A stretch of DNA of 64,000 nucleotides from Thiotrichales bacterium (GTDB lineage Bacteria; Pseudomonadota; Gammaproteobacteria; Francisellales; CACEW01), in NCBI GenBank assembly GCA_947476405.1, contig CANJQG010000007.1, positions 447-64,446 of the forward strand, written 5' to 3'. Positions 1 to 11,764 of the stretch are shown piece by piece. The position numbers were made by a program, and so were the translations under genes. The notes beneath the pieces were generated by a model. The model was given only the letters and a program-made list of their open reading frames with translations. It was not told where the DNA came from and did not search any database. Within the stretch, counting starts at the first letter, position 1. The number at the start of each line of letters is the position of its first letter.

Positions 1-26
1 TAGACGTAAAGATAAATTTAAGGTAA
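1..26 (+). CDS. rpsJ: 30S ribosomal protein S10, 3' end (partial)
   Basis: Frame 3 reads ...DVKINLR*, resembling the S10 C-terminus (E. coli ...VDVQISLG). It lies directly upstream of rplC as in the S10 operon. Only 7 codons are visible. Confidence 0.5.
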
Positions 27-105
27 TATAAGCGCCCTTGTGTTTTAAGTGGCAATCAACAATAGTCAACCGTTACTGTTGTCGTGATAAAAAAAGGAAT
101 TAAAA

Positions 106-735
106 ATGAAATTAGGTTTAGTGGGCTACAAATGTGGCATGTCCCGCATTTTTACCCCAGAAGGTAAGGCAGTCGGTGTCACTTTAATTAAAGTTGAACC
201 GCACTTTGTCACCCAGCACAAAACGCTGGAAAAGGATGGCTATGTCGCAACGCAAGTTACGACTGCTTCCAAAAAGCGTTCACATATCAATAAAGCTCAG
301 GCGGGTCATTTCGCTAAAGCAGCGGTTGAGCCAGGAATGGGATTATGGGAATTCCCCATCGAAAAATCAGATTTGGCTTTGGGTCAAAGTTATCATTTAG
401 AGATTTTTTCGGAAGGTCAAAAAGTTGATGTTCAAGGGGTGACCAAAGGACGTGGTTTTGCGGGGACAGTAAAACGCCATCATTTCAGAACTCAAGATAT
501 GACCCATGGTAACTCACGTGCGCATCGTGTTCCAGGCTCTATTGGCCAAAATCAAACGCCCGGCCGCGTCTTTAAAGGCAAAAAAATGTGTGGACATTTA
601 GGTGTAGATAACCGAACCATGCAAGCGCTTGAAATTATGAAAATTGACGTTGAGCGTAATCTTCTCGTGATTAAAGGAAGTGTTCCTGGTTTTGAAACCA
701 GTCAACTGATTATTACCTCAACAGTGAAAGGCTAG
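106..735 (+). CDS. rplC: 50S ribosomal protein L3
   Basis: 209 aa. The N-terminus [17 protein letters not shown] matches the L3 signature. Position fits S10 operon order. Confidence 0.97.
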   Translation: MKLGLVGYKCGMSRIFTPEGKAVGVTLIKVEPHFVTQHKTLEKDGYVATQVTTASKKRSHINKAQAGHFAKAAVEPGMGLWEFPIEKSDLALGQSYHLEIFSEGQKVDVQGVTKGRGFAGTVKRHHFRTQDMTHGNSRAHRVPGSIGQNQTPGRVFKGKKMCGHLGVDNRTMQALEIMKIDVERNLLVIKGSVPGFETSQLIITSTVKG

Positions 736-745
736 GAGCGGTAGA

Positions 746-1351
746 ATGGATTTAGCAGTTTTAAATAGTGATCAAAAGGTAGCGGTTTCTGACGCAATTT
801 TTGATCGAGCCTACAACAAATCATTAGTGCACCAAGTCGTGACTAGCTTTATGACCACTGCTCGTCAAGGGACTAAAGCCCAAAAGACCCGCGCTGAAGT
901 GAGAGGCGGTGGAGTCAAACCCTGGAAACAAAAGGGAACAGGTCGAGCACGTGCGGGAACGAGCAGAAGTCCATTATGGCGAAAAGGGGGCGTTATTTTT
1001 GCTGCAAAACCGCGTGATTTTGAGCAAAAAGTTAATCGTAAAATGCATCGAGCTGCAATGGCAGTTGTGTTGTCCCAATTAGTGCGTGAAGGTCGTTTGC
1101 TTATAGTTAATCAATTTGATGTGGCCACACATAAAACGAAAGATCTTGTTAATCAATTGAAGAGCATGGATTTGACCGATGTTTTAATTGTGGTTCCAGA
1201 AGTAAATGAAAAAATGTATTTAGCTGCACGGAATGTGTATGGTTTGGATGTCAGAGATGCCTACGATATCGATGTTGTAAGCTTGGTCGCTTACAAAAAA
1301 GTATTGATGACCGCTGATGTATTGAAAAGTCTTGAGGAGAAATTAGCATGA
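746..1351 (+). CDS. rplD: 50S ribosomal protein L4
   Basis: 201 aa. QGTKAQKTRAEVRGGGVKPWKQKGTGRAR is the conserved L4 core. Confidence 0.97.
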   Translation: MDLAVLNSDQKVAVSDAIFDRAYNKSLVHQVVTSFMTTARQGTKAQKTRAEVRGGGVKPWKQKGTGRARAGTSRSPLWRKGGVIFAAKPRDFEQKVNRKMHRAAMAVVLSQLVREGRLLIVNQFDVATHKTKDLVNQLKSMDLTDVLIVVPEVNEKMYLAARNVYGLDVRDAYDIDVVSLVAYKKVLMTADVLKSLEEKLA

Positions 1352-1650
1352 GTCGTGAGAGATTATTAAAGGTGCTTGTTTCCCCCTTAATGACTGAGAA
1401 AACCTATAGTTTGGGCTCAGATAAAGTGGCTCAAGTTGCTTTTAAAGTTTTAAGATGTGCAAACAAATTAGAAATTAAAAAGGCAGTGGAGTTAATGTTT
1501 GATGTTAAAGTCGATCGTGTTTGTACTTTGAATGTCAAAGGCAAGTCGCGTCGTTTTGGTCGTAGTATTGGCAGAACGCAGGACTGGAAAAAGGCGTATG
1601 TGCGTCTTCAGGAAGGTTCCAAAATTGATTTTGGTACAGGCGAAGCTTAA
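1348..1650 (+). CDS. rplW: 50S ribosomal protein L23
   Basis: 100 aa. ERLLKVL...DWKKAYVRLQEG is L23-like. The start forms an ATGA overlap with rplD. Confidence 0.96.
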   Translation: MSRERLLKVLVSPLMTEKTYSLGSDKVAQVAFKVLRCANKLEIKKAVELMFDVKVDRVCTLNVKGKSRRFGRSIGRTQDWKKAYVRLQEGSKIDFGTGEA

Positions 1651-1675
1651 GTAAAGCGCGGAAAAGGATTTTAAA

Positions 1676-2497
1676 ATGGCAGTAATTAAATGTAAACCGA
1701 CCTCTCCAGCGAGACGTCACATGGTAAAGATTCAGACGCCTGGATTGCATAAAGGGAAGCCTTTTGCAGCCTTGGTTGTTCCGCAGTCAAAAACGGCAGG
1801 CCGGAATAGTGGTGGCCGAATCACTGTGCGCCATCATGGTGGTGGTCATAAACAGCATTATCGTTTAATTGATTTCAAAAGAAGTTATGATGGGATTCCA
1901 GGAATTGTAGAGCGTTTAGAATATGATCCTAATCGTACAGCGCATATTGCTTTGATTAAATATTCAAATGGTGCTTGGGCTTATATTATTGCGCCTAAAG
2001 GCTTAAATGCGGGTGATTCAGTCGATTCAGGAAGTGAAGCTGCAATTAAAGTGGGAAATGCATTACCCCTTCGTAATATTCCAATTGGTAGTTTTGTTCA
2101 TTGTGTTGAAATGAAACCGCTGAAGGGTGCTCAGTTGGCACGTACAGCGGGTGCTTCAGTCCAGTTGATTGCAAAAGAAGGTCAATATGCTATTCTGCGT
2201 TTGCGTTCCGGAGAAATGCGTAAAGTTTTAGTTGATTGTAAGGCAACAATCGGTGAAGTATCTAATTCAGAACATAATTTGCGTGTTTTAGGTAAAGCAG
2301 GTGCTTCTCGTTGGCGCGGTGTTCGCCCAACAGTGCGCGGTGTGGTCATGAACCCAGTTGATCATCCACATGGTGGGGGTGAAGGTAAGACTTCAGCAGG
2401 GCGTCATCCTGTTTCACCCTGGGGTCAAAAAACGAAAGGTTATAAAACTCGTCGTAATAAGCGCACGAGCAATTTAATCATGCAACGTCGTAAATAA
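1676..2497 (+). CDS. rplB: 50S ribosomal protein L2
   Basis: 273 aa. [14 protein letters not shown] is the L2 signature. Confidence 0.98.
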   Translation: MAVIKCKPTSPARRHMVKIQTPGLHKGKPFAALVVPQSKTAGRNSGGRITVRHHGGGHKQHYRLIDFKRSYDGIPGIVERLEYDPNRTAHIALIKYSNGAWAYIIAPKGLNAGDSVDSGSEAAIKVGNALPLRNIPIGSFVHCVEMKPLKGAQLARTAGASVQLIAKEGQYAILRLRSGEMRKVLVDCKATIGEVSNSEHNLRVLGKAGASRWRGVRPTVRGVVMNPVDHPHGGGEGKTSAGRHPVSPWGQKTKGYKTRRNKRTSNLIMQRRK

Positions 2498-2513
2498 GTA
2501 GAGAGGAGTTAAC

Positions 2514-2786
2514 GTGCCACGTTCATTAAAAAAAGGTCCATTTGTTGATGTGCATCTTCTAAAGAAAGTCATTGATACCGTTGAGACCAAAAGCAAAAAG
2601 CCCATTAAAACCTGGTCTCGTCGTTCGATGATTATTCCAGATATGATCGGTATAACCATTGCCGTTCATAATGGTCGTCAACATGTACCAGTATTTGTCA
2701 CAGACAATATGGTAGGTCATAAATTAGGTGAGTTTGTTCCAACAAGAACATTCCGCAGTCACTCCGGTGACCGTAAAGCGAAATAG
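2514..2786 (+). CDS. rpsS: 30S ribosomal protein S19
   Basis: 90 aa with a GTG start. [12 protein letters not shown] matches the S19 N-terminus. Confidence 0.97.
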   Translation: MPRSLKKGPFVDVHLLKKVIDTVETKSKKPIKTWSRRSMIIPDMIGITIAVHNGRQHVPVFVTDNMVGHKLGEFVPTRTFRSHSGDRKAK

Positions 2787-2797
2787 GCGAGGATAAA

Positions 2798-3142
2798 ATG
2801 GAAGTTTGTGCACACTTAAGAAATGTGAGAATGTCTGATCAGAAGGCGCGCCTTGTGGCAGATCTAGTTCGAGGCAAGCCTTTGGCTCAGGCATTCGATA
2901 TTTTGACATTTAGTTCAAAAAAAGCTGCAGTCTTTATCAAAGCTGTGATAGAATCGGCTGTCGCAAATGCTGAACATAATCATGCTCAGGATGTCGATGA
3001 TTTAAAAGTCGCGCGGATTATTGTCAATCAGGCAGTTAGTTTCAAGCGTTTTCGCGCAAGAGCAAAGGGTCGTGGTAACCGAATTACAAAAAGAGGTTGT
3101 CATATTTCGGTTTGGTTGGATGCGAATACAATAAAAGGATAA
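2798..3142 (+). CDS. rplV: 50S ribosomal protein L22
   Basis: 114 aa. [15 protein letters not shown] is the L22 motif. Confidence 0.96.
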   Translation: MEVCAHLRNVRMSDQKARLVADLVRGKPLAQAFDILTFSSKKAAVFIKAVIESAVANAEHNHAQDVDDLKVARIIVNQAVSFKRFRARAKGRGNRITKRGCHISVWLDANTIKG

Positions 3143-3148
3143 TGTGAG

Positions 3149-3874
3149 ATGGGACAAAAATCAAATCCAATTGGCTTACGTTTAGGAATCGTCCGTGACT
3201 GGAATTCCGTTTGGTATGCAACAACAAAAGATTTTGCAAAAAAATTAATTGCAGACATCCGTGTACGCGAATATCTCAATAAAGAATTGGCACAAGCTTC
3301 AGTAAGCAATATTCGCATCGAACGCCCTGCTGATAACATTAAGGTCACTATTTATTCGGCCCGTCCAGGTGTGATTATTGGTAAGAAAGGTGAAGATATA
3401 GAGCGTTTGAAAGCAGGCGTTAAAAAAATTACCGGCGTTTCTTCTCATATCACGATTGAAGAAGTCAAAAAACCCGAATTGGATAGTAAGCTCGTTGCAA
3501 TGAGTATTGCTCAGCAGCTTGAGAAGCGTGTTATGTTTCGTAAAGCAATGAAGCGTGCAGTTCAAAATGCAATGAAAGCTGGGGCATTAGGTGTAAAAAT
3601 TTGTGTATCAGGTCGTTTGGGTGGTGCTGAAATTGCTCGCTCAGAATGGTGTCGTGAAGGACGCGTGCCTTTGCATACATTAAGAGCCAATATTGATTAT
3701 GCTATTTTTGAAGCCCACACAACTTATGGTGTGATTGGCGTCAAAGTATGGATTTTCAAAGGCGAAGTTTTGGGAAATAAAAAAATTCATCAAAATCAGC
3801 CTACTAATCAACAATCAGCTGATGATGAGCGTTCAGAAAAAAGAGCGCCTCGTCGTGTTCGAGGAGATAAATAA
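3149..3874 (+). CDS. rpsC: 30S ribosomal protein S3
   Basis: 241 aa. [14 protein letters not shown] matches the S3 N-terminus. The C-terminal tail is basic and acidic. Confidence 0.97.
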   Translation: MGQKSNPIGLRLGIVRDWNSVWYATTKDFAKKLIADIRVREYLNKELAQASVSNIRIERPADNIKVTIYSARPGVIIGKKGEDIERLKAGVKKITGVSSHITIEEVKKPELDSKLVAMSIAQQLEKRVMFRKAMKRAVQNAMKAGALGVKICVSGRLGGAEIARSEWCREGRVPLHTLRANIDYAIFEAHTTYGVIGVKVWIFKGEVLGNKKIHQNQPTNQQSADDERSEKRAPRRVRGDK

Positions 3875-4287
3875 TGCTGCAGCCAAAGCGCACAAAATTT
3901 CGTAAACAGCATAAAATGCGCAACCGTGGAATTGCTACACGTGGCGCAGCTGTGAGCTTCGGTGAATTTGGTTTGAAGGCGATGGGCCATGGCCGTATCA
4001 CTGCACGTCAAATTGAGTCCGCACGTCGTGCGATTAATCGTTGCTTAAAGCGGGGCGGAAAAGTTTGGATTCGTATTTTCCCTGATAAACCGATTACTCA
4101 AAAACCACTCGAAGTGCGAATGGGAAGTGGAAAAGGAAACGTTGAGTATTGGGTTGCACAAATTCAGCCCGGAAAAGTGTTATATGAAATTGAAGGCGTT
4201 CCAGAAGCTTTAGCACGTGAAGCTTTCAAGCTTGCCTCTGCTAAATTGCCGATTGAAACCACATTTGTAACAAGGACGATACTATAA
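3874..4287 (+). CDS. rplP: 50S ribosomal protein L16
   Basis: 137 aa. [14 protein letters not shown] matches the L16 N-terminus. Confidence 0.97.
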   Translation: MLQPKRTKFRKQHKMRNRGIATRGAAVSFGEFGLKAMGHGRITARQIESARRAINRCLKRGGKVWIRIFPDKPITQKPLEVRMGSGKGNVEYWVAQIQPGKVLYEIEGVPEALAREAFKLASAKLPIETTFVTRTIL

Positions 4288-4475
4288 TGAAAGCAACAGA
4301 AATGAGAGAAAAATCTGCTGCCGAATTGAAGCAGTTGGTTGAAGACCGTTTGAAAGAGCAGTTTAATCTGCGTTCACAACGTGCAATGCGTCAAACCATC
4401 AAGTCACATCAATTTGGTATTGCACGTAAAGATATTGCAAGAGCAAAAACTGTTTTAACAGAGAAGGGTGAATAA
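4287..4475 (+). CDS. rpmC: 50S ribosomal protein L29
   Basis: 62 aa. [25 protein letters not shown] is L29-like. Confidence 0.95.
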   Translation: MKATEMREKSAAELKQLVEDRLKEQFNLRSQRAMRQTIKSHQFGIARKDIARAKTVLTEKGE

Positions 4476-4476
4476 G

Positions 4477-4749
4477 ATGGCAGTTCAACAGTTAGATTCA
4501 CAAAAAATTGTGAAAACAGTAGAAGGCGTAGTCACGAGTGACAAAATGGATAAAACCGTTGTTGTGATGGTAGAGCGTAAAGTACGTCATGCGAAATATG
4601 AGAAAATTTTAACACGCTCAACTAAGTTTCATGTTCATGATGAAGAAAATATAGCTAAAACAGGCGACAAGGTTCTGATTAAACAATCACGTCCTCGTTC
4701 AAAAACAAAAGCTTGGGCTTTAGTTAGTATAGTTGAGAATGCCAAGTAA
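4477..4749 (+). CDS. rpsQ: 30S ribosomal protein S17
   Basis: [18 protein letters not shown]...KFHVHDE is S17-like. The ATG at 4477 lies 1 nt after the rpmC stop with AAGGG upstream. The ORF track's GTG at 4468 is an alternative start. Confidence 0.93.
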   Translation: MAVQQLDSQKIVKTVEGVVTSDKMDKTVVVMVERKVRHAKYEKILTRSTKFHVHDEENIAKTGDKVLIKQSRPRSKTKAWALVSIVENAK

Positions 4750-4771
4750 TTGATTTTAAAGGGGGTGTATT

Positions 4772-5140
4772 ATGATTCAGATGCAGACAGAAATGAGCGC
4801 CGCCGATAATAGTGGTGCAAAGATTGTCGAATGTATCAAGGTATTGGGCGGTTCAAAAAGACGCTATGCCCGCATTGGTGATATTATTAAAGTAACGGTC
4901 AAAGAAGCGATTCCACGTGGCCGCGTTAAAAAAGGTGATGTTTTATTTGCGGTTGTTGTAAGGACAAAAGCAGGTGTGCGTCGTTCAGATGGTTCTTTGA
5001 TTCGGTTTGATGGTAATGCTGCAGTTTTGTTGAATGCCAAATACGAGCCTATTGGAACACGTATCTTCGGTCCTGTGACACGCGAATTGAGAACAGAGCG
5101 TTTTATGAAGATTGTATCCCTCGCGTCAGAAGTGTTATAA
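4772..5140 (+). CDS. rplN: 50S ribosomal protein L14
   Basis: 122 aa. MIQMQT..ADNSGAK matches the L14 N-terminus. Confidence 0.97.
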   Translation: MIQMQTEMSAADNSGAKIVECIKVLGGSKRRYARIGDIIKVTVKEAIPRGRVKKGDVLFAVVVRTKAGVRRSDGSLIRFDGNAAVLLNAKYEPIGTRIFGPVTRELRTERFMKIVSLASEVL

Positions 5141-5149
5141 GGTGAAGAG

Positions 5150-5473
5150 ATGAAAAAAATTGTAAAAAATGATCAAGTGATTGTCATCACAGGAAAAGAC
5201 AGAGGCAAAGTAGCAAAAGTACTCCGTACCTTAGGCGATCGCGTTTTGGTTGAAGGCCTCAACATGGTTAAAAAACATGTGAAACCCAATCCCAATAAAA
5301 ATGTTGAAGGGGGCATCATCAGCAAAGAGGCATCTATGCATCTTTCCAATGTTGCACTTTATAATCCTGAAACAAAAAAGGCAGATAAAGTCGGTATCAA
5401 AGTTTTAGAAGACGGCAGCAAAGCCCGTTTTTTTAAGACGAATGGTGAACTTATTAAAACAGTGAAAGGTTAG
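5150..5473 (+). CDS. rplX: 50S ribosomal protein L24
   Basis: 107 aa. [13 protein letters not shown] (KOW motif) and [17 protein letters not shown] are L24-like. Confidence 0.96.
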   Translation: MKKIVKNDQVIVITGKDRGKVAKVLRTLGDRVLVEGLNMVKKHVKPNPNKNVEGGIISKEASMHLSNVALYNPETKKADKVGIKVLEDGSKARFFKTNGELIKTVKG

Positions 5474-5483
5474 GATAAATATT

Positions 5484-6023
5484 ATGGTTCGTTTAAGAGA
5501 TCATTACCAAAAAAATGTAATTAAAGCATTGCAGGATCAATTTAAGTATGAAAATGTCATGCAAATTCCTAAAATTCAAAAAATTACTTTAAATATGGGT
5601 GTGGGCGAAGCGTCGAAAGACAAAAAGCTGATCGATCATGCTGTGACTGATTTGACCACGATTTCCGGTCAAAAACCAATTGTCACCATGACGCGTAAGT
5701 CAATTGCAGGATTTAAAATTCGCGAAGGCTGGCCGATTGGTTGTAAAGTTACTTTGCGAGGCGCACGCATGTATGAGTTTTTGGATCGTTTGATTGCGAT
5801 TGCAATTCCACGTATTCGTGACTTTCGCGGTTTAAGTGGCCGTTCGTTTGATGGTCGTGGAAACTATAGTATGGGTGTCAAGGAACAAATCATATTCCCT
5901 GAGATTAACTACGATAAAATTGATGGAATCCGCGGTTTGGATATTACCATTACAACCAGTGCAAAAACAGATGCTGAAGCAAAGGCTTTGCTTTTAGCGT
6001 TCGGTTTTCCATTAAAGGATTAG
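5484..6023 (+). CDS. rplE: 50S ribosomal protein L5
   Basis: 179 aa. The sequence is L5-like throughout ([20 protein letters not shown]). Confidence 0.97.
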   Translation: MVRLRDHYQKNVIKALQDQFKYENVMQIPKIQKITLNMGVGEASKDKKLIDHAVTDLTTISGQKPIVTMTRKSIAGFKIREGWPIGCKVTLRGARMYEFLDRLIAIAIPRIRDFRGLSGRSFDGRGNYSMGVKEQIIFPEINYDKIDGIRGLDITITTSAKTDAEAKALLLAFGFPLKD

Positions 6024-6034
6024 AGAGAGGATTT

Positions 6035-6340
6035 ATGGCTAAGCAGTGTATTATTGAGCGCGAAGCAAAGCGCGAATTGTTAGTGGTAAAGTATGCTAAA
6101 AAACGGGCTGAGTTAAAAGCCTTAATTAGCAGCATGAATGCTTCACAAGAGGATAAATGGGATGCGCAAGTTGCGTTGCAAAATTTACCCAGAAATTCAA
6201 GCGTGGTGCGTTTGCGTAACCGCTGCCAACTGACAGGTCGTCCACGTGGCGTGTATCGTAAGTTTGGCTTGGGTCGTAATAAATTGCGGGAAATGGCAAT
6301 GTTTGGCGATATTCCCGGTTTAACAAAAGCAAGTTGGTAA
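6035..6340 (+). CDS. rpsN: 30S ribosomal protein S14
   Basis: 101 aa. [19 protein letters not shown]...IPGLTKASW matches the S14 C-terminus. Confidence 0.96.
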   Translation: MAKQCIIEREAKRELLVVKYAKKRAELKALISSMNASQEDKWDAQVALQNLPRNSSVVRLRNRCQLTGRPRGVYRKFGLGRNKLREMAMFGDIPGLTKASW

Positions 6341-6350
6341 GGATAGAATC

Positions 6351-6743
6351 ATGACAATGCAAGATCCAATCGCAGATATGATCACACGCGTGCGAAATGC
6401 ACAACGGGCGCATCATCCTGATGTTTCCATGCCTTCTTCAAAATTGAAGGTTGCTGTGGCAAAATTGTTGAAGAAAGAAGGTTTTATTGAAGATCTCTCA
6501 GTGAGCAAAGAAGTGAAGCCTGTTTTAATGTTGAAGCTTAAATATTTTAATGAGCAGCCCGTGATTGGTACTTTGAAAAAAGTCAGCACGCCTGGTTTAA
6601 GAATTTATCGTCATTCTGATGATATTGCAAAAGTAATGGGTGGCTTTGGTGTGGCTGTAGTTTCAACCTCAAAAGGGTTGATGACCGATCATCAGGCAAG
6701 AAAACTAGGTTTGGGCGGCGAAGTTTTATTTGTTGTTGCTTAA
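6351..6743 (+). CDS. rpsH: 30S ribosomal protein S8
   Basis: 130 aa. [15 protein letters not shown] matches the S8 N-terminus. Confidence 0.96.
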   Translation: MTMQDPIADMITRVRNAQRAHHPDVSMPSSKLKVAVAKLLKKEGFIEDLSVSKEVKPVLMLKLKYFNEQPVIGTLKKVSTPGLRIYRHSDDIAKVMGGFGVAVVSTSKGLMTDHQARKLGLGGEVLFVVA

Positions 6744-6761
6744 GAAATAAGAGGTTTTAAG

Positions 6762-7295
6762 ATGTCAAGAATTGCAAATAAACCTGTCATTGTTCCTAAC
6801 GGTGTGACCGTTACGGTTCAGGGCAATAAAGTGGATGTGAAAGGGGCTAAAGGTGAATTATCCTTTCAAATTCATGGATCCATAAAGGGTGTATTAAATG
6901 GATCAGAGTTGGCGATTGAGTTTAATCGTGAATCTCAGGAATCAAGAATGCATGCTGGTTCAGCACGTGCTAATATTGCTAATATGGTGATTGGCGTGAG
7001 TCAAGGTTTTGAAAAGAAGCTAACTTTGGTTGGCGTAGGATATCGTGCAAAAGCACAGGGTTCAATGTTGAGTCTCTCGTTGGGTTTTTCTCATCCAATT
7101 GATCATGAGGTGCCAAAGGGTGTTACTGTTGATACCCCTTCACAAACTGAGGTGATTTTAAAGAGTTCAGATAAAGCTTTGTTAGGTCAAGTGGCTGCCG
7201 ATATTCGGTCTTATCGCCCACCTGAACCATATAAAGGAAAGGGTGTACGTTATTCAGATGAAGTAGTGCATTTGAAAGAAACCAAGAAAAAATAA
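6762..7295 (+). CDS. rplF: 50S ribosomal protein L6
   Basis: 177 aa. MSRIANKPV..VDVKGAKGEL and PEPYKGKGVRY are L6-like. Confidence 0.96.
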   Translation: MSRIANKPVIVPNGVTVTVQGNKVDVKGAKGELSFQIHGSIKGVLNGSELAIEFNRESQESRMHAGSARANIANMVIGVSQGFEKKLTLVGVGYRAKAQGSMLSLSLGFSHPIDHEVPKGVTVDTPSQTEVILKSSDKALLGQVAADIRSYRPPEPYKGKGVRYSDEVVHLKETKKK

Positions 7296-7310
7296 TTAAT
7301 GGTGGGATGA

Positions 7311-7664
7311 ATGGAAAAGAAAGAAGCAAGATTGAGAAGAGCAAAGCGCATAAGACAGCATCTAAAAGAGTTGCGTCAAGTGAGTGTTTCAGTACATCGT
7401 ACACCGAAGCATATTTACGCTTATTTGATTTCAGATGATCGCAGCAAAACCTTAGCTGTTGCATCCACCATCGAAAAAAGTGTGAAGGATACGTTAAAAG
7501 CGACAGGCAATGTCGATGCAGCGACTGTCGTTGGCAAGTTGATTGCAGAACGTGCGCTCGCATTAGGCATTACTGAGGTGGCTTTTGATCGTTCAGGATT
7601 TAAATATCATGGTCGCATCAAAGCTTTAGCAGATGCAGCACGTGCAGCCGGTCTTAAATTTTAA
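7311..7664 (+). CDS. rplR: 50S ribosomal protein L18
   Basis: 117 aa. [21 protein letters not shown] matches the L18 C-terminus. Confidence 0.96.
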   Translation: MEKKEARLRRAKRIRQHLKELRQVSVSVHRTPKHIYAYLISDDRSKTLAVASTIEKSVKDTLKATGNVDAATVVGKLIAERALALGITEVAFDRSGFKYHGRIKALADAARAAGLKF

Positions 7665-7676
7665 GGATTATTAGAT

Positions 7677-8195
7677 ATGTCAACTGTAGAACAACAAGCA
7701 GAAGCTTTAGGTGCCCAAAGTGGTTATGTAGAGAAATTAATTTCTGTACAACGTCACACCAAGGTCGTAAAAGGCGGACGGATCATGACATTTGGCGCTT
7801 TGGTCGTCATTGGAGATAAGAAAGGTCGTGTGGGTTTTGGTCATGGAAAAGCACGTGAAGTCCCCGTTGCAATTCAAAAGGCAATGGATGCTGCACGTAA
7901 AAACATGGTTACGATTCATTTAAATAAAGGCACACTTTGGCATCCGGTTAAAGAAAAATACAGTGCTTCCATTGTCTATATGCAACCCGCCTCTGATGGT
8001 ACTGGAATTATTGCTGGTGGCGCCATGCGTGCTGTGTTTGAAGTCATGGGTGTCCATAATGTATTAGCTAAAACCTATGGTTCAACGAATCCAGGAAATG
8101 TAGTTCGTGCAACCGTTAATGGCTTATTAGCAATGAGTTCGCCTGAGAAGATCGCAGCGCGTCGTGGAAAATTAGTCGAAGAAATCGTAGGATAA
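7677..8195 (+). CDS. rpsE: 30S ribosomal protein S5
   Basis: 172 aa. [24 protein letters not shown] is the S5 core. Confidence 0.96.
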   Translation: MSTVEQQAEALGAQSGYVEKLISVQRHTKVVKGGRIMTFGALVVIGDKKGRVGFGHGKAREVPVAIQKAMDAARKNMVTIHLNKGTLWHPVKEKYSASIVYMQPASDGTGIIAGGAMRAVFEVMGVHNVLAKTYGSTNPGNVVRATVNGLLAMSSPEKIAARRGKLVEEIVG

Positions 8196-8199
8196 AAAA

Positions 8200-8385
8200 A
8201 TGACAAAAGCAGCAATGGTTCAAGTCAAATTAATCGCAAGTGCAGTCAATCGTATTGAACGTCATAAAGCGTGTGTTCGTGGTTTAGGTTTAAAGAGAAT
8301 TGGTCACGTTGTGGAAGTTCTGGATACGCCTGAAAACCGTGGAATGATTAAGAAAGTAGCCTATCTACTGAAAGTTGGGGAATAA
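8200..8385 (+). CDS. rpmD: 50S ribosomal protein L30
   Basis: 61 aa. [23 protein letters not shown] is L30-like. Confidence 0.94.
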   Translation: MTKAAMVQVKLIASAVNRIERHKACVRGLGLKRIGHVVEVLDTPENRGMIKKVAYLLKVGE

Positions 8386-8387
8386 AG

Positions 8388-8834
8388 ATGTCAGTGCAAG
8401 AAATGCAATTAAATAATTTGGCACCTGCGGAAGGTTCTAAGAAAGCGCCCCGTCGTTTGGGTCGAGGAATTGGTTCTGGAACAGGTAAAACTGCAGGTAA
8501 AGGTCATAAGGGTCAACGTGCACGTGCAGGTGGATACCATAAAGTAGGCTTTGAAGGCGGACAAATGCCTATTCAACGCCGCTTGCCAAAGTTTGGTTTT
8601 GTGTCACTAAAAGCTTTGGCAACGGGTGAAATTCGTTTATCAGAGTTAAATTCTTTGCCAGTTGATGAAGTAGACTTGGTCGTTTTGCAACAGCATGGTT
8701 TGATTAGCAGCAATATAAAATATGCAAAAGTTTTTTTATCAGGGACCATTGAGCGCGCAATTACCATACAAGGTTTAGCTGTAACAGCTGGAGCGCGTAA
8801 AGCAATAGAAGAAAAAGGCGGCAAAGTTTTATAA
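8388..8834 (+). CDS. rplO: 50S ribosomal protein L15
   Basis: 148 aa. [19 protein letters not shown] is the L15 motif. Confidence 0.96.
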   Translation: MSVQEMQLNNLAPAEGSKKAPRRLGRGIGSGTGKTAGKGHKGQRARAGGYHKVGFEGGQMPIQRRLPKFGFVSLKALATGEIRLSELNSLPVDEVDLVVLQQHGLISSNIKYAKVFLSGTIERAITIQGLAVTAGARKAIEEKGGKVL

Positions 8835-10123
8835 TGGCCGAACTCCGGAAGCGCATATTTTTTGTTTTAATTGGCATCATCGTATACAGATTTGGTGCCT
8901 ATATTCCTGTGCCCGGAATCGACACTTCTAAGTTGGCTACTTTTTTTCAATCAGAAAACAATACAGTTTTGGGCTTATTTAACGTTTTTTCAGGGGGCGC
9001 TTTATCTCGTTTAACTATTTTCGCTCTTGGAATTATGCCTTATATTTCTGCATCTATTATTATTCAACTTTTATCAGCAGTTGTTCCTAGATTAACAGAG
9101 TTAAAGAAAGAAGGGGCCGCGGGTCAGCGTAAAATAACCCAGTATACACGTTATGGCACTTTATTTCTTGCCTTTTTTCAGTCAATGGGCATGGCTAAAT
9201 ATTTAGTGAATCAAGGCTTGGCGTATAGCGATAGCTTGTCATTTTATTTTGTGGCGATTATTACACTATCGACTGGAACCCTCTTCCTGATGTGGTTGGG
9301 GGAGCAAATAACAGAGCGTGGAATTGGAAATGGGATTTCACTGATTATTTTTTCCAGTATTATTTCTGGAATTCCTACTGGGCTAGCCCATACGTTTGAT
9401 CAGGCACATGATGGAAATTTAAGTCTTATTGCTTTGTTGATGATCATGTTTGTTATTGTTGCTGTGACTGTTTTTGTGGTCTTTATGGAGAGGGCGCAGC
9501 GAAAAATTTTAGTAAATTATGCAAAGCGCCAGCAGGGGAATAAGCTATATGCGGCACAGTCTAGTCATCTCCCTTTTAAAATTAACATGTCCGGTGTGAT
9601 TCCTCCTATTTTTGCTTCAAGTATTTTGTTGTTCCCTTCCAGTATTAGTCAGTGGTTCGGTTCATCACCACACTTTCATTGGCTAGCTGAAATTGGGCTT
9701 ATGTTGGCTCCAGGTCAGCCGTTGTATATCGTTTTTTATACTGTTGCTGTTGTTTTCTTTTGTTTCTTTTATACGGCAGTTATTTTCAATCCACGTGAGA
9801 CTGCCGATAATTTGAAAAAGTCGGGTGCTTTTATTCCAGGAATTCGTCCTGGTGAACAGACAGCAAGTTATATTGATAAGGTCTTATCAAGATTGACTTT
9901 GGTTGGTGCAATTTATATTACCTTGGTGTCTTTGCTGCCGATGTTTTTGATGATTGAGTGGAATGTTCCTTTTTATTTTGGAGGGACGTCATTGTTGATT
10001 GTGGTTGTAGTCATGATGGATTTTATGGCACAGGTACAATCGCAATTGATGTCCAATCAATATGAGTCGCTTTTGAAAAAGGCGAACTTAAAAGGAACTG
10101 CCCGTAATGGTTTAATGAGCTAA
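8834..10123 (+). CDS. secY: preprotein translocase subunit SecY
   Basis: 429 aa polytopic protein. [10 protein letters not shown] and [16 protein letters not shown] are SecY motifs. Position after rplO fits. No in-frame start exists further upstream (stop at 8798). Confidence 0.96.
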   Translation: MAELRKRIFFVLIGIIVYRFGAYIPVPGIDTSKLATFFQSENNTVLGLFNVFSGGALSRLTIFALGIMPYISASIIIQLLSAVVPRLTELKKEGAAGQRKITQYTRYGTLFLAFFQSMGMAKYLVNQGLAYSDSLSFYFVAIITLSTGTLFLMWLGEQITERGIGNGISLIIFSSIISGIPTGLAHTFDQAHDGNLSLIALLMIMFVIVAVTVFVVFMERAQRKILVNYAKRQQGNKLYAAQSSHLPFKINMSGVIPPIFASSILLFPSSISQWFGSSPHFHWLAEIGLMLAPGQPLYIVFYTVAVVFFCFFYTAVIFNPRETADNLKKSGAFIPGIRPGEQTASYIDKVLSRLTLVGAIYITLVSLLPMFLMIEWNVPFYFGGTSLLIVVVVMMDFMAQVQSQLMSNQYESLLKKANLKGTARNGLMS

Positions 10124-10139
10124 TGTTTAGGAGTGTGTG

Positions 10140-10253
10140 ATGAAAGTAAGTCCTTCAGTCAAGCCTATTTGTAGGAAGTGTAAAGTAATTCGCCGCAAAG
10201 GAGTGGTGAGAGTGATTTGCAGCGATGCAAAGCACAAACAGAGGCAAGGATAA
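10140..10253 (+). CDS. rpmJ: 50S ribosomal protein L36
   Basis: Absent from the ORF track because it is too short. My own translation gives [37 protein letters not shown], which matches L36. It sits in the canonical position after secY. Confidence 0.9.
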   Translation: MKVSPSVKPICRKCKVIRRKGVVRVICSDAKHKQRQG

Positions 10254-10256
10254 GAC

Positions 10257-10285
10257 TTGTTTTTTATGTGGAAGTGGGTTATGAT
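10257..10285 (+). promoter_or_regulatory. candidate sigma70 promoter of the alpha operon (TTGTTT-17-TATGAT)
   Basis: Hexamers read at 10257-10262 and 10280-10285 in the 81-nt gap between rpmJ and rpsM. In E. coli the alpha-operon promoter and S4 leader lie in the equivalent position. Confidence 0.35.
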
Positions 10286-10334
10286 ACTGCCCCTTCTTGT
10301 GTTTAGTTTTTTGGTTAATTAGGAGTAACAACGA

Positions 10335-10694
10335 ATGGCTCGTATAGCCGGTATAAATATTCCAGACAATAAGCATATTTCGATAGGCTTAACGTATATC
10401 TTTGGTTTAGGACGTCCTACTGCATTAAAAATTTGTGCAATAGCGGGCGTGGTTCCCAGTCGCAAAGTGAGTGCGCTCACAGATGCTGAACTTGAAACCA
10501 TTCGAACTGAAGTCGGCAAGTTTAAGATTGAAGGGGATCTTCGTCGAGAAATCTCTATGAATATTAAACGTCTCAGCGATTTAGGTACTTACCGTGGCAT
10601 GCGTCATCGTAAAGGCTTGCCTGTGCGCGGGCAAAGAACTCGCACGAATGCGCGGACCCGTAAAGGTCCACGTAAGCCAATGCGTAGCAATTAA
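10335..10694 (+). CDS. rpsM: 30S ribosomal protein S13
   Basis: 119 aa. [14 protein letters not shown] and [18 protein letters not shown] are S13-like. Confidence 0.97.
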   Translation: MARIAGINIPDNKHISIGLTYIFGLGRPTALKICAIAGVVPSRKVSALTDAELETIRTEVGKFKIEGDLRREISMNIKRLSDLGTYRGMRHRKGLPVRGQRTRTNARTRKGPRKPMRSN

Positions 10695-10707
10695 GGGGAA
10701 GATTTAA

Positions 10708-11094
10708 ATGGCTAAAGCAAAACCAGTTGTTAAAAAAATAAAGCGTGTCATTCATGATGGAATGGCGTATATTCATGCGTCTTTTAATAACACCATTGTG
10801 ACCGTGACCGATCGTCAAGGTAATTGTATTGCCTGGGGTACTTCGGGTGGAACCGGTTTTCGAGGTTCTCGTAAAAGTACACCTTTTGCAGCACAAGTTG
10901 CTGCTGAGAAAGTGGCGGATATTATTTTGCAGTTCGGCATGAAAAATATGGATGTATTTATTAAAGGGCCGGGTCCAGGCCGTGAATCTGCAGTGCGTGC
11001 ATTTTTTTCAAAAGGGATTCGCATTAATAGTATTACCGATGTGACCCCGTTGCCGCATAATGGTTGTCGTCCTCCCAAAAGACGTCGTGTTTAA
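10708..11094 (+). CDS. rpsK: 30S ribosomal protein S11
   Basis: 128 aa. [16 protein letters not shown] and [16 protein letters not shown] are S11-like. Confidence 0.97.
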   Translation: MAKAKPVVKKIKRVIHDGMAYIHASFNNTIVTVTDRQGNCIAWGTSGGTGFRGSRKSTPFAAQVAAEKVADIILQFGMKNMDVFIKGPGPGRESAVRAFFSKGIRINSITDVTPLPHNGCRPPKRRRV

Positions 11095-11117
11095 TAGAGT
11101 AGTTTAAGGAATCGATT

Positions 11118-11738
11118 ATGGCTAGATATATTGGTCCCAAGTGTAAGCTCGCAAGACGCGAAGGCACGGATCTGGGTTTAAAAAGCGGCGCAAAAGCGCT
11201 AGATGCAAAATGTAATATGCATAGTCCTCCTGGGCAGCATGGCGCACGTCGCGGTCGTTTATCTGATTATGGTTTGCAGTTGCGTGAAAAGCAAAAAGTT
11301 AAGCGTATTTATGGTGTTTTAGAAGGTCAATTCCGCCGTTATTACAAAGAAGCTGCCCGCTTAAAAGGCTCAACCGGTGAAAATTTGTTGTGTCAATTAG
11401 AGGCGCGTCTTGATAATGTAGTTTATCGTTTAGGTTTTGCCTCAACTCGTGCTGAAGCGCGTCAATTGGTCGGGCATAAATCTATCCAAGTAAATGGTAA
11501 GTCCGTCAATATCGCTTCCTTTCAAGTAAAGCCTGGGGATGAAGTGGCTGTTCGTGAAAAATCTAAAACACAAGCGCGTATTCAGTTTGGTTTAGAGATG
11601 TCAAAACAACGCGCTGTCCCTTCTTGGATTGATTTGGATGAGAAGTTATTGAAGGGTGTTTTTAAATCCTATCCAGATCGTGCAGACTTGCCTGCAGAAA
11701 TCAATGAGCAGCTCATTGTCGAATTGTATTCGAAATAA
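11118..11738 (+). CDS. rpsD: 30S ribosomal protein S4
   Basis: 206 aa. [19 protein letters not shown] matches the S4 N-terminus. Confidence 0.97.
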   Translation: MARYIGPKCKLARREGTDLGLKSGAKALDAKCNMHSPPGQHGARRGRLSDYGLQLREKQKVKRIYGVLEGQFRRYYKEAARLKGSTGENLLCQLEARLDNVVYRLGFASTRAEARQLVGHKSIQVNGKSVNIASFQVKPGDEVAVREKSKTQARIQFGLEMSKQRAVPSWIDLDEKLLKGVFKSYPDRADLPAEINEQLIVELYSK

Positions 11739-11764
11739 TCCTGATCAAGTGTGTGGAGAATCTA

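Noticed and set aside
7123-7563. 146-aa ORF antisense to rplF/rplR. Similar antisense or alternative-frame ORFs lie at 6126-6416, 10573-10896, 52166-52630 and 58395-58913
   Set aside because: They are shadow ORFs opposite highly conserved genes, with no independent evidence.
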